DNA of 64,000 bases from the human T2T-CHM13v2.0 reference genome, Homo sapiens, in the NCBI RefSeq assembly GCF_009914755.1, contig NC_060931.1; one strand, given 5' to 3'. Shown piece after piece: positions 17,585-31,974 of this stretch. A program made the position numbers and the translations under genes. The notes under the pieces were generated by a model that was not told the DNA's origin, ran no database searches, and worked only from the letters and a program-made list of their open reading frames with translations. How positions within the stretch are numbered: the stretch's first letter is position 1; the number at the start of each line of letters is the position of its first letter.

Positions 17585-18740
17585 TTCCTATTCCCACAGT
17601 GATTGGTTCAGAAGTGGGAATGTGACCTTAAATTATCCCATCAGAGAAAATGTTAAGACTTCTACTGGGAGTTCTGGAATAGTTGTTCCCTCTTCTTTGG
17701 TTAAATTTGAACCTGGAAAGTTCAAGGGTAAGTGCAGCTTTAGGTGTGGCTTATGTGGAAACTCATATGATGTACAAAATTAACCTTTGGTTAAATTTGT
17801 AACTAAGCAGTTTCAACCCTGACACTGCAGGTCACATAGCAAGAGAAGAAATAAAGGCCTTATATTCTAAATATAGAACTATATGCCTACGTATGTGAAA
17901 ATTATAAATTCAAGCATAATGTTAAAAACAACTGTTCTTTTCTCCTAGTGTATTGTGTGGACAAAATACACTTTCATAATGACCTGGAAGGTCAGGTTCA
18001 AGTTCTTAGAATCCTTAGATTTCAGCTCTGGAACATGGCTGGATGGAAAGATCACATCTTCTCACTCTTTGTCCCATCTCTTTCTCACTCTTGCCTCAAT
18101 TCTGCACAACAAGAGGACTCATAGTCATTTGTGAAAGCCTAGCCTGTTCATTCAAATTCCATCCACATCCTCTGCAAACAGTTAACACCTGCACCCAAAG
18201 GTATACACATTGACAGTTTGGCTCATCTTCAAGAGGATGAACCAGAGGAAGAGATCTACACCTACTCCAAGCCAAGAACTAGCTTGGAGATTTGGGGCAG
18301 GGAATCCTTGTGTCCATGGTATCCAGAGTATGGTCTAAAAGGATGTGAGAAGGTTCCAGGAGGATATGTCCCATTGGTCCCAGAGGCTCTTTTGTCCCAT
18401 GGGTAGGGACTGACGTGGAGAAGAGCTCTTTATAATGCAGGGTCCAGGGGAGGGGCCTTTTTGCCTGGATTTAAGGATGTTACATAGCTTCAGACAATCA
18501 TCTCAATTGTGAGGGTAGAATCTGTGTTAGAATAAATCCAAGATAGTAGAGGAGGACCAAGGCAAACCAAGGAATGATAAAGAGCTGGGTTATGGTTACA
18601 TCATATGAGTTTCCACATAAGCCACACCTAAAGCTGAGCTTACCCTTGAACTTCCAGTTATATAAGCTAATTCATTTGGGTTTTGTCCAAGCCCATTTAG
18701 GGTAAGGCTTCTGCCATTTGCAGGCTGAAAGAATATGTCT
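17585..18740 (+). mobile_element. Old MLT1 (K/L-like) LTR interrupted by a ~0.77-kb insertion
   Basis: 'gtgattggttcagaagtgggaatgtgacct' at the left; 'gaacttccagttatataagctaat...gcttctgccatttgca' at the right. Confidence 0.5.
17802..18483. mobile_element. Possible hAT-Tip100 (Arthur1-like) DNA transposon fragment
   Basis: Right end 'gggtccaggggagggcctttttgcctggatttaaggatgttac' resembles a recalled Tip100-family terminus; left end not visible. Confidence 0.35.
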
Positions 18741-19141
18741 GATAGGTTTCTCATGGTGTTGTGTGAATGACTCACGTCTGGGCTGCTCTGCTTCCTGAAA
18801 CAGTGGGGTTACCCTTAATCTCTGCAAGTGAGAGAGTTGCCCTAACTCCCTTCCCTATTCCCTGGTGTAGAGGAGGTTCTACATCTGGTGCTAAATCTAT
18901 CCTTTGTCAGCCCCATTTTGCCTAACTACTAGCCTGCCTCATAGCTGCACCCTCCTAGTTTACAGGGGGAAGAAACTATCAACTGCCAAAAAATAAGCCA
19001 CTTAGAAAAGTACAGTCATCCCTAGACATCTGTGGAGAAATTGGTTCCAGGACACCCCTCAAAATCCTTGGATATTCAAGACCTTGATATAAGATGATGT
19101 ATTTCCATATAACCTACATATATCCCAGATATCCTCCCATA

Positions 19142-19147
<6 letters not shown>

Positions 19148-19176
<29 letters not shown>

Positions 19177-19450
19177 AGATGGAGTCTCACTCTGTCACCA
19201 GGTTGGAGTGCAGTGGCATGATCTCGGTTCACTGCAACCCTGCCTCCCAGGTTCAAGCAATTTTCCTGCCTCAGCCTTTCGAGTAGCTGGGACTACAGGC
19301 ACGTGCCACCACACCCAGCTAATTTTTGTATATTTAGTAGAGACGGAGTTTCACCATGTTGGCCAGGATGGTCTCTATCTCTTGACCTCATGATCTGCCC
19401 GCCTCGGCCTCCCAATGTGCTGGGATTACAGTGAGCCACCACGCCCAGCC
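19148..19450 (-). mobile_element. Alu (AluSc-like)
   Basis: Long poly(T); perfect 15-bp TSD cctcccatatacttt at 19133-19147 and 19451-19465. Confidence 0.95.
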
Positions 19451-19592
19451 CCTCCCATATACTTTAAACCATCTCTAGATTACCTATAATACCCAATACA
19501 ATGTAGATGCTATATAAATAGTTGCTATACTGTATTGTTTTATGAATACATATTGTTTTTATTGTTGTATTGTCATTTTTTTACTGTTTTTT

Positions 19593-19952
<360 letters not shown>

Positions 19953-20487
19953 TCACAAAGCCAACTGCAATGCTACCTGAGCCAATTTAAAATATCCAAC
20001 AATGGGATAAACCACAAAGAAAAGACTTCAGCAACTTAGTGAATTCTATCATCTTGAAAGCATCAATTCTTTATCACCAGATTCTTCAGTACAGGCAGTT
20101 CAAACATGCCTTTACTGTGAAGGAAATAGATACTCCTACTTTGAAAACTGGTTCTTGTGTTCCTTTGAAGGTTGCATTCAAAATTTAAGAAGTTTTGTTT
20201 CTTATTACTCATCTCCAATGACTGCAGTTTTAGTGCCAGTTAATAAAGATTCAGCTTTGAATTCTGGACCCCTAGCAGAGACCCTAAATCCTAGAAATTA
20301 ACTTCTTGAGGTCCACAGAACATTACTTTATAATAAAGGGGAAAACAAAATACATCACCAATTTCAATTGATATATCACCATTTTCCCCATGAAATCATG
20401 CCCTTATGAAATGTGTGGCTTTTTTTAAATCAAAAAAGTGTTGAGGATGAAAAGTTATACATGTGGATTTTTTAAAATGAAAATCAT

Positions 20488-20789
20488 GGCCAAGCACAGT
20501 GGCTCATGCCTGTAATCCCAACACTTTGGGAGACTGAGCGGGGAGGATTGCTTGAGCTCAGGAGTTGGACATCAACCTAAGCAACATAGCAAGACCTCGT
20601 TATTACAAAAAAATCAAAAAAATTAGCTGGGCCTAGTGGCTGACGTCCCAGCTATTCAGTAGGCTGATGTGGGAGGATCACCTGAGTGTAAGAAGTCGAG
20701 GCTGCAGTGAGCTGTGATTACGCCACTGCACTCCAGCCTGTGTAACAGAGCAAGACGCTGTCTCAAAGATAAGTAAATAAAATAAAATG
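20488..20789 (+). mobile_element. AluJ
   Basis: J-type diagnostics; TSD aaatgaaaatcat at 20475-20487 and 20790-20802. Confidence 0.93.
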
Positions 20790-20899
20790 AAATGAAAATC
20801 ATAATATAAATTTTCAGAGTATTAGCACAAGGAAGACATCCCCAATTCTCTAATAAGTGACTTCTCCAGCTCCTGTAGATGGTATGTCTGCTCTGTTTA

Positions 20900-21230
20900 T
20901 ACAACATGCCCTGACACCACTCCTTTTACCTTTGGCCACAGAGGGGAAGAGAGAAAGTGGGGGTGAGAGGACAAGAATAAAGCTGATGAACAAAGAAACA
21001 GAAATGAGAGCTCAAGAGGGCCCAGAGAGACACACACAAAGTAGGTGTGGTGGCCAAGGACGTTGACTGCTTTCCAGTTCCTGGTGCCAGTCTCACTTGA
21101 GGGCCACTTTCCTGCCCATTGATTTGGAAAGAGACTCCCCATAGCTTTTCAATAAATTATGGGTTTTTTTTCCTCTTTAGGCTAGTTCCAATAGGTTTTT
21201 GCTATTTAAAATGGAAATTCTTAAGTAAAA
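20900..21230 (+). mobile_element. ERVL LTR fragment (LTR16-like)
   Basis: 'ctttccagttcctggtgccagtc...gaggcc', AATAAA, 'ggctagttccaataggtttttgcta'. Confidence 0.4.
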
Positions 21231-21768
21231 CACATACTTTAAAAAAGTTTATCTTCTAACTTGTGTACAGTCATGGATTTTTAGCTCATTAAACTTTAAA
21301 GAAAACCTTAAGAGTGACTTTTTTTGGTTTGGGCATATCCTGAAATTCTGTGATTACTGCCAGTAGAGCAAGAATTTTCTCTTCTGTTACCTAAGAAAGT
21401 GCTATTTAAAGCAGTCGTTTTACTAGCAGTCAATGTAAGTGGTGCAATTTGCGATGTTCTTGGGATTTTAAAGTACAGATTTCCCCTGAAATCCTCAGCA
21501 ATAATTAGGTTTCGAATCAATTGCTGAAGTCCTTAATGACTCAAATCATCAGCACATTTGAAAATTTTGAACTTTACCTCTTGGTTTCTGTGGTCTCTAT
21601 TTACTCTATATTTAAGTGATTCTAGCAGGCATTGATGTTTGTCCTCAAGGAAAAGAAAAGAAACAATCTCTGCCTGTTTTTTTCTAACCTTGATTAATTT
21701 TCCTGATCGGTCTTTTTTTTATTAAAAAGAAATAACATTCATAAAAACCTCTCTGCCATTTATATATT

Positions 21769-22156
21769 TGTATTAGTTTGCTAGGGCTACCATAACAAAG
21801 TACCACGGACTGTAGTGATTTAAACCACAGAAATTTATTTTTTCACAGTTCTGGAGGCTGAAAGCCTGAAAACAAGGTGTGATCAGGTTTGGTTTCTTCT
21901 GAAGCCTCTCTTCTTGGCTCGTAGATGACCATCTTCTCCCTGTGTGTTCACCTGGTCTCCCCTCTGTGCCTGTCTGTGTCCAAATGTCCTCTTACAAGGA
22001 CACTGGTCATATTGGATTAGGGCCCACCTTAATGACCTTGTTTAACCTTAATTAGCTCTTTAAAGACTCTGTCTCCAAATACAGTCACATTTTGAGGTAC
22101 TGGGAGTTAGGACTTCAGCATGTGAATATTGAGGGGCCACAGTGCAGTCCATAACA
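21769..22156 (-). mobile_element. MLT1A/B MaLR solo LTR
   Basis: 'tgtattagtttgctagggct...cacagttctggaggctg...ccaaatacagtcacattttgaggtactggg...cataaca'; TSD atatt/acatt. Confidence 0.9.
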
Positions 22157-22264
22157 ACATTCAAGCAACATTTTGAGTGCCTAATAGGAGCTGTTCTAAA
22201 GACTGAGAACAACTACGCAATAAAAAAGCCCTCTCACTCACCTTCATAAACATTCATATCTTGA

Positions 22265-22640
22265 AGGGTATGTTTTATTTAGAATGCTGTTTAAGTCTCT
22301 GCAACAGAGACCATAGAGTAGAATAGGTGGAAGCTTCATTCCCACATGAGAGTCCCAAGGTGGACAGCCCAGACCTGCAGGACAGCTGTGCCATCCCACA
22401 ACCGGCTTCCTTTCTGGGCCCAGGGTAGCTTCTCTGGCTCTCACCGTCTCCTCCACATCACAATCAGCAGGAAGGAGGAGAGGAAAATGCCTGTTCCTTT
22501 TAAGGGCATGGTCTGGAAGTCCCACCTATTATTTCTGTTCACATCACTTTGGTCAAAAGAGAGTCATACACGTACAGCTGGCTGCCAGGAAGACTGAAAA
22601 ATGTAGTATTTAGCTAAGTAGTCATGGGCCTAGCTAAATC
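22265..22640 (-). mobile_element. MLT1J/K-like MaLR LTR
   Basis: 'ttctgttcacatcactttggtcaaaa...ggaagactgaaaaatgtagtatttagct'. Confidence 0.6.
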
Positions 22641-24279
22641 ACAATTTACTATGGATAAAAGGGCGAATGGACAGTTAATGGGGACAGAGACTGTAAGAGG
22701 CAGTGTTTCTATTTACTATATAGTGAGTGAGACAGAGTAGACTATTTTCAGAAGCAACAAATGCTGGAGTAGAAAAAACAATGGAAAAAGATGGAGATGT
22801 ACAGAAAAGTGGAAACCAGAGACCAGAGAGAGAGCAAGTAAGAAAGGAGCTGCCTCATTCCCTAAAGCTTTTTAGATCCTGATCCTAATCCCTCATGTTA
22901 TGGCAGTACTTTTTTTATTGCTTTAAAAAAACCTTAAATTGCTTATAAATTCAGATTTCAATTTCTTTTCAAAGTGACTTTTCTATTTACAATGCCCCCT
23001 TGCCTGCCAAGCAAGTACTTGGTTTCAACCAACAATTCAGAAAACTGGGTCCTACTGCTTACTCTTATGGAAAAATAATGCCATAATTGCAACTGGGGAA
23101 GAAGTCAGCCCCACAGTTGCTTAATAGTATACATTGATATTTTAACTGTGTAACCACAAAAGAAGGAATGTATGAAAAAAGGAAATTATGTGTAAAAGGT
23201 GCTGAAAGTTATTAATAGGGTTTGTCAAACCTGTTAATCTCTTATATTTTTGAGTAAAATGTACTTTTAGAGAAATAGTGTTCATAGAAAAGGCTGTACA
23301 CATATTCGAAATTGCTATCACAAGGATTGTACAGTTTTCTAGCAATAAGGTTTTCCTATATAGTGTAATAAATACATGCAAAGCATCCCAGTCAAAAGTA
23401 TTGATCTACTAGTGGTTATGAAAGCCATAAAGCTCAGATAAACTCATAAAAGTTTAAAAGGGAGCTTTTCTAAAGACTGGAAATTCATTTATTTTATATA
23501 CTTCCTAGATAAATTTCAAAAATGATGGTTCATAAAATACTATAGTTTTTTAAAAAAAGGAATTCCAAAATTACTTCACTCTGCAATCAATGAACCAGTG
23601 AAAATTCACCTGCAACTGCTACAAATTAGACTTACAAATGTTTGGACCACCCAACATTCATTCCCTCTTCTTAACAGTATCCCAATTTCCTTTGGGAAAT
23701 TATTTCTTCTGCTTGGAAATACTCCTGGTAAAATGGTGAATTCAGGTGCCTTCATTTCTGCTGTGGATGAGAAAGAGACCTCTGGAGGCTCCTTTCACCA
23801 GAACCTTCCACTCAATGACGAGACAGAGCTAGAGGCCTCGCACCTGATGTAAGCTAGGTCAATTTAAAGTTCACTCCTGGGAATTTAAATCTTAAATAAT
23901 GTGAAAAAGAACCTGACATTGATAGGATTTACTCATTCCTGCACTGGTACTCTGCTTGTTGAGTCTATGCTTAAGTCTCCAAAGATTTGCATAAATTCCA
24001 CCAGTTCCTATATAATTCCATTTTCCTTAGATTCAGCAGATTTGGTTTCCATTGTTTTCAATCCTCAAGCCCTAACTGTTCCACCTTCTATCTACTCATT
24101 TATAAACTGACCAAACTACAACTAAAAATAAGTAAGTAAAATAAACAATAAAACCCAACAACCTTACAACAGATGAAGAAATTTAGGCAGGAACGGCCAA
24201 CAGGAATAAAAGATGGACAAAAAGGTAGAAGTCTGAATAAAGTTGCTACAAAGTTTTCTCAAATTTTTCAAAAATCTTA

Positions 24280-24687
<408 letters not shown>

Positions 24688-24829
24688 TCAAATAAATATA
24701 AATTAAAACTTGATATAAACTTTTCCAACATAAAATTGAAAGTGGTTTAAAATGTAAATACTGTTGAGAGGGTACACTGTAATCTGGCAATATGTGATAA
24801 GAACAATCAAAATATTCGTATTTCGTATA

Positions 24830-25350
24830 CCACTACAAAGATTATAGAATAAAAGATGAGTGGTATGAATAGATCTTACACAATTGTGGGAAAAGCTGGG
24901 GAAGTGAAAGCCCAGATAAGGGGAAGTTTGAGAATCAGAAAAAGAATCATTAACCAGTACTCAACCACTGGGGTTGGAGGAGAACCAGTGTTAAAGGAAA
25001 CAATCTGAGATACTGGCATGGACAGTGAGGTGATTTGGAGGCGGTTTTTGGGAATCCATTGCCTCTGAAGATCTGCAGCCAGGCATCTGGTGGCAGGTCT
25101 GGGGCCACTCTCCATCAGCAGGGCCAGGAATAGGAAGAAGGGCTAGGCACCAAGAGGAAAAGAGCAAGGACTACCTGGAACTTTTCATGTACTGACAACA
25201 AAGACCTTCAAAGAGAAAAGGAAGCCACTGCCTAACTTCCACTGTTCAAACCTCACATGAGTTCCTCCTTTGGCCAACTCTTGCCTCCTAGCCTGTAGGG
25301 AAAGAAATTCTGGGAAACAGGTCCAGACCCAACCAAATTGACAATAGTAC
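24830..25350. mobile_element. Old ERVL-type LTR fragment
   Basis: 'agggaaagaaattctgggaaac...ccaaattgaca' motif; embedded in L1ME-like sequence. Confidence 0.35.
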
Positions 25351-25426
25351 AATCCAGTCCTCATATATTTTAACCCTGTCTTTCCACATCTAGGAATGGA
25401 TTCTAATGAGGTGGGAAATGTCATCA

Positions 25427-25829
<403 letters not shown>

Positions 25830-26144
25830 TTAGGGTAAGACACAGATAAGACTTTTCTTCTTACCTGAATAAGAAAAGGAAAAAAATAAATAAATAAAAG
25901 ACTTTTGCATGTTCATTAAAAACATTACTTTGAATGACTTTTAGTGATATGGTTATATCTTCATAATATATAATATAAAAAGTATACACAAAATTCTACC
26001 TACATTAGAATTACAATTTTGGAAACATAGTCATAGATTTTGTTTTCTTTTTACATTTCCTTACACTTTTTACACTTCTTTCATTCTTCGTGAAAGACCC
26101 AAAGTCACTTAAAAATCCGAATCTTTTAAAAATGTGTAACCTTT

Positions 26145-26690
26145 GGCTAAAATCCCATCGAGGCTTTTCACTGCACCTAGAATAAAGTGCAAATCCTTCC
26201 CACTGTCTGCAAGGCCCTTCATGGTCCTGCCTGTGTTGGCTGCTCTAACTGCATATCAGATAGCTCTTTGCTTGGTTCACTGAGCTCCAGCCCCACTGGA
26301 CTTTGGTAGGTTCCTAGCATAGGCTAAGGTCTCTCCTGTTGTAAGGGTTTGGCAATCATTGTTAGTCACTTGAGATGCTGTTACCCAGATCTCGTTATTC
26401 AGGTCTGAGTTCAAGTGTTACTTCCTCAAAGATATCTTTCTCTGAAGACCCCATCTAATGTGTCTCCATTCCCCACCCCTACCCAGCAGTCTTTCACCCT
26501 CTTATTGCCCTGTTCATCTTGTCTTCATTAACTAAAATTATGCTTTTCCTTAGCAATGCCCCTCACTAGGAAGTAGGGTCCACTACTCAGAGCAGGGACC
26601 TTATCTGTCTATTTATTATTGTACCCCTGTGATTTCAACAAAGTCACCAAGGCTCTCTATGTTACTGAATGAATGGATTAATGGATGAAT
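26145..26690 (+). mobile_element. L2 LINE 3' region
   Basis: 'agaataaagtgcaaatcctt...caaggcccttcatg', 'gagcagggaccttatctgtc', terminal 'tgaatgaatgga'. Confidence 0.75.
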
Positions 26691-28571
26691 TAATTTTTTG
26701 AATTTTTTACAATGAAAAAGTTTCCTTTTATTAGGAAAAAATATTTGGAAGGGATATGTTGCTTGAAGGGCAATCTTGTGTCAGGAGGGATTTTCACATG
26801 TTATGTAACTTAAGCTTTCTTGGTTGTCTTATCTAGTGATTACCCAGGCCTATTTTTGCTGCTCTGTTCCTCTTGCAAGATCTAGGTAGGAGTCTCCCTT
26901 CTACAGAAGGGTTACGAATTAAATGTTTGTAAATGCGTGGAAATCTGGAAAGCATTCTCCCCTACAGTATGAATCATGTCATTCATAGCAGTTAGTAGGC
27001 AAAATGAGTTTTGCCCACAATATCATGGTAACACTGTAAAATTTCCAGAGATCATAAATTCAAACCCTATTTTATGACCATACCTGCCTCCCTTTCTAGC
27101 TCAAGGCATCAGGCACTCTCAGCACTCTGGTCTGTGACCCCAGTCCCCCCAGTGACAATTCTGCTCTCTTCACATTGCTTGGCCTTGTCTGCTTTCATGT
27201 CCTATCCTATTATGACCAATGTGTCAACTGCTCTTCCTCATTAATCCTAAACTTACTTATTTCTGTGTCCTTCAGAAACTCCTCTCTGAGAAAAATCTCA
27301 ACTAAGGAGAAATGCAACTGCCTATCTTCTCCACATCTGTGCCTTGGTTTTGAGCTGTCTTGGGAGCAGCAAAATTATATCTGCTTTTGCCTTAGAAGAA
27401 CTTATAATGTTCCAATCTTTGGATGCCTTTTGAATAGGCAAGTTTGAGTGAAGTCAGGTTACAGTGCCTGAATAGCTTTACCCTCCTGATCCAGCAACAC
27501 ATACATACAAGGATGGAAGATAGTACTGGATATGTGAGTACTTGCTAAGCCCTTCCCTTCACTGCAGTGGGCAAGTGGTCGTCCAGGCAGTGATTAGCTC
27601 ACTTGGTGGACAGCCAACAACAAAACAGTACCACCTACCTCCTGTACTAGCTAGGTCTCCCTCCAGTCTGGGGAAGCTGTCTCATTCTTTTGGGGGTAGG
27701 GAGAAATTTTATATACAAGAAATAAAAGCATCAAAGTGGAGTTTTCATTAGGTTTTAGTCAGAAGGTAGAATAAACAGGTGGACCTATTTCTGCAAATTT
27801 TATTTTGGGAATTTTCATATGATAATCTTTTCCACAATAACCAATGAAAAACTTCTAGTGCTTTCCTGCGGTTGATGGGTTTGATTTCTTTAGCAAACAT
27901 GAATTCTAGTGAGGGCAGCTAAATAGAAAACTTTATGGCATGGAACTTAGCATCCTGGCCTATTTTGCGCTAACCTAATTTTCTGTGAGCTTTGTAGCAA
28001 ATGAAGCTCTCTATGTGACAGGTTCCTTTTTTAGATTCTAAAACCGGCAGCTAAGTTGTTAAATTTTATGGTTACATGATTTTGGAATCAGCCTCAGCAA
28101 TTTTTCATGCTTTCCGTGTCTCCCTAAGGGAAAGTGGGCAGCCATTAGAAAGTAGCCATGGAAAACTTCCCTATTAACTAAGTGCTGCTGGAGGAAAAAA
28201 TAAATCACCCTATGGAGCAGATTTCTTTCACTATAAACTTATGGATACTCACTTCACCTGGGCCCACAACACTCCCTGTCAATCATCCTGTTTCCCAACT
28301 CACCTCTTTCTCTTTTCAACAATAATTTTTCAAACCTTCCCTATTATTTTCACATCCCTTGCCACTTCTCCACTATCAAAACTCCAGTTGCTCCAATTCT
28401 CTATTCACTCTTAGAAACTGTCCTTGCATAGAAAATAGAAGCCATCTGAAAGGTACTCCTTCCATTCTCACCACAATTATACAAATCTGCTCTAATCCAG
28501 ACCCAACTCTTCCCCCTTCCTTTCTATTACCATAGAAGAAGTCTCCCTCTTCTGTTTAAAGCTTACCTCTC

Positions 28572-29148
28572 TGTGGTAGGCACCTGGAAGATGATGGTTC
28601 CCAGCGTTCCCCACTTCTTGGTTATTCATGCCCTTGTGTAATCCCTTCCTTTTGAAGAAGGTTGGATATGGTGACTTGCTCTTAATAAATAGAATACAGA
28701 AAAGTGATAGAATGCCACTTCCAAAGTTAGGTTATCAAAAGATTGTGACTCCTGTCTTGGGCATCCTCTAGGTCTCTATTGCTCTCTCACACACCCTGGA
28801 AGAAGCTAGCTATATTGTGAGTTGCCCTATAGAGAGATTCGTGTGCCAAGGGAGGCATCTGGCTGACAGCCAGCAAGGAACTACCCAACAGCTTGTAAAA
28901 CACTGAATGCTGACAACAACTATATGAGCAAACTCAGAAGCAGGTCCTCCCACTATGTGAGTCTTGACAGATTGGACCACAACCCAAGCAAGTAGCCTGA
29001 TGGCAACCTCTTGCCTTAAGCTAGATGCACCCAGTGAAACTGAACCCTGGTTTCTAACCCTGAGAACTGTTGAGAATAATAAATGTTTGCTGTTTCATGC
29101 TGCTAGATTTTTAAGTGATTTCTTACGTAGCGATACATAAATAATACA
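28572..29148 (+). mobile_element. MLT1F-like MaLR solo LTR (inside L2)
   Basis: 'tgtggtaggca...gcccttgtgtaatccc...aataaatgtttgctgttt...aataca'. Confidence 0.8.
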
Positions 29149-29379
29149 ACCTTCATCTATCCTCGGTATCCTTCTCATCTGCTTCTCTCTTTCCCACATC
29201 TTCAAATCTTCTCTCTACCCACTCCTTCTAATTAGCAGTTAAACATGGGGGTTGGGGACAATCTATCTAAAAGAAGAAAATCTTCAATTCTAATTCCTCT
29301 TTTAGCTACTGCTACGTTTCTCCCCGCCTCTTTAGAGTCAAACTTGAGTTATCTGCATTTACCGTCTCCATTTCCCTTC

Positions 29380-29688
29380 CATCAGAATGACCTATAGGGC
29401 TTGTTAAGTCACAGACTTCTGGGCTTCTCCTTTAGAGTTTTTAATACAGGATTTTTGAAGTGAGATCTGAGAATTTGCATTCCAAACCATGGCCTGAGAA
29501 TTTGCATTCTAACCTGTTTCCAGATGGTACTGATACTGCTGGTCTATTGATCACACTTTGGGAATTGCTGCTCTACACTTGTTAGAAATGCAGCCTCTCA
29601 GGTCTCAGCTGCGTTCTACCAAATTAGAATCTACATTTTAACAAAATCATCAGGTTATTTGTATGAACACTAAAGTTTGAGAAGCACT
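29380..29688. mobile_element. MER5A + MER5B hAT-Charlie MITE relics
   Basis: 'gagaatttgcattctaac...tgatactgctggtc...cacactttg'; 'ttgttagaaatgcag...ttttaacaa...aaagtttgagaagcact'. Confidence 0.75.
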
Positions 29689-30484
29689 CAGATGGCCTTA
29701 TGTGTCAGACAATTCCAAATTCATTCCATGAAAACAGCCTTTATGCTATAGCTGTCATGCTCACATTCACCTTTTACCTTTCAAACTGGTTTAAAACAAA
29801 AGAGCTAAATCATGTATGTGGTCCTACTCTTTGTCTCATCCATTGATCCTTCTCTGGATTGGAATTTTCTTCTTGAATACACATAAAGTCTAACAACAAA
29901 TACATGGTGCTTTAGATAAGACAAATTACAATGCTACATCTAAACCAAAAGTGGTTTGTACTCTGCCTGCCAAGTTTTTCAATTTGTTCTTTAGGCTTTT
30001 CGCAGGGTGCCTTTTTGAGGTTACTGCCCCCTACCTTTTCAGTTTTACTCCAAGCTGAAACACAGCCTCTCATTTTCCTAAAGCAGGACCTGGTTATAAC
30101 TTTACCAAAGACTTGGAGTTCATGGAATGGAAACACATGCAAAAAAAGCAGCCAGTGGATATGAGTGCTTCACCTTTCCCAAAGGTGTTCTGACCTATTT
30201 CTTGATGTGTTGCTAAGATGCAGCTTACCTGCCTCGCTCTTATCCTCTGCCTTCTACCTCATGTTATGCCTTCTTCCAAATTCCTGCCTACCCAGAACAC
30301 AAACCCCTATCTCATCTGAGTGCAGAAACTGGGAAAACCCTAGTTTTCCCTCCTTGCCCCAGTCTAAAGTCTGCCCCAGCCAACAGTGTATCATCATTTG
30401 CAGTTTAATTCCTCGGAGTCCTTAAAACACTCCAATCTAGAAGAGATTTTGGCTGTATCTTTGTATAGTTTAAAAGGTTCACTA

Positions 30485-30784
30485 GGCTGGGCGCAGTGGC
30501 TCACGCCTGTAAACCCAGCACTTTGGGAGGCTGAGGTGAGCAGATAATGAAGTCAGGAGTTCGAGACCAGCCTGGCCAACATGGTGAAACCCCGTCTCTA
30601 CTAAAAATACAAAAAATTGGCCGGGCGTGGTGGTGCGTGCCTGTAATCCTAGCTACTCAGGAAGCTGAGGCAGGAGAATCGCTTGAACACAGGAGGCAGA
30701 GGTTGCAGTGAGCCAAGATCGCGCCATTGCACTCCAGCCTGGGTGACAGAGCAAGACTCTGTCTCAAAAAAAAAAAAAAAAAAA
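30485..30784 (+). mobile_element. Alu (AluSg-like)
   Basis: Pure A tail; 14-bp TSD aaaaggttcactag at 30472-30485 and 30785-30798. Confidence 0.95.
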
Positions 30785-30909
30785 AAAAGGTTCACTAGAG
30801 GTTTCAAGTTACCACCATTTCGCCCCTCAAAAAAGATTTATCTGACTTCAAAGGCACTTAGTCAAAGAGATAAATGCTTCAAGATTTCAAAAAATTTAGA
30901 ATTCTACTG

Positions 30910-31144
30910 CAGGATCCAGCAATTCCACTTCTGGGTGTAGCCAAATAAATTGAAATCAATTTGCTGAAGAGATAGCTGCACTACTATGTTGACTGCAGTA
31001 TATTCACAATAGCCAAGATATAGAATCAACTTGTGTCCATCAATGGATGAATGGATTAAAAATGTAGTGTGTATGCATACATATATATATGTGTGTGTAT
31101 GTATACACTTTATATATGTATAGATGCTCTGTCTCTCTCTCTCT

Positions 31145-31191
<47 letters not shown>

Positions 31192-31730
31192 CACAATGGG
31201 TTACCATTCAGCCACAAAGAAGGAAATCCTGTCATTTGTGACAACATGGATGAACCTGGAGACATTGTGCTAAGTGAAATAAGCCAGGCACAGAAAGACA
31301 AATACCACATCATCTCACTTATATGTGGAATCTAAAAAAAAGCCTAACTCATAGAAATAGAGAGTAGAGTGGTAGCTACCAGAGGCTGGAGTGGGCAGGG
31401 TTTGTGGGGGGCTGGGGAGAGAGGGAATGAGGAGTTATTGATCAAAGGGTACAAAGTTTCAGTTAGAGAGGAGAAATAAATTTTTGAGATCTATTGGACA
31501 GAAGAGTGACTACAGTCAATAATAATGTATTATATATTTCAAAATAGGTAAGAGAATAAATTTCAAAGGTCTCACCACAAGAATAATGATTGAGGTAATG
31601 GATATGTTAATTAGCTAGACTTAATGATTCCACATTGTATACATATATTAAAACATTACATTGTGCCCCATAAATGTATACAATTATGATTTTTCAGTTA
31701 AAAATGATAATAATAATAATTTTAAAAATA
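30910..31730 (+). mobile_element. L1MA-type 3' fragment
   Basis: 'gatccagcaattccacttctggg', 'gtgaaataagccaggcacagaaagacaaatacc', 'ggatatgttaattagct'. Confidence 0.88.
31075..31195. repeat. Compound microsatellite (TA/TG)n(CT)n(CA)~24
   Basis: Seen directly; CA run at 31147-31194. Confidence 0.95.
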
Positions 31731-31974
31731 ATTGTACCATAGATAGAGCACTTTTTCCATATAAATTATTCAGGCAATAGATCTTGCTGTCAGAAATTCA
31801 TACATGTGATGGCTGTGTTTAAAAATGATACTAACAGTCACTTGTATATGTTTTCTGTATGGGTATAAACAATGATTCAGGCATGTCAAGTGTAATTTTT
31901 AACTCCTAATTTCTTTTTGTCAGCAATCTTTCAAAAATTTTCTGTTTCTTGACAATTTTGGTGAATTAAACTGG

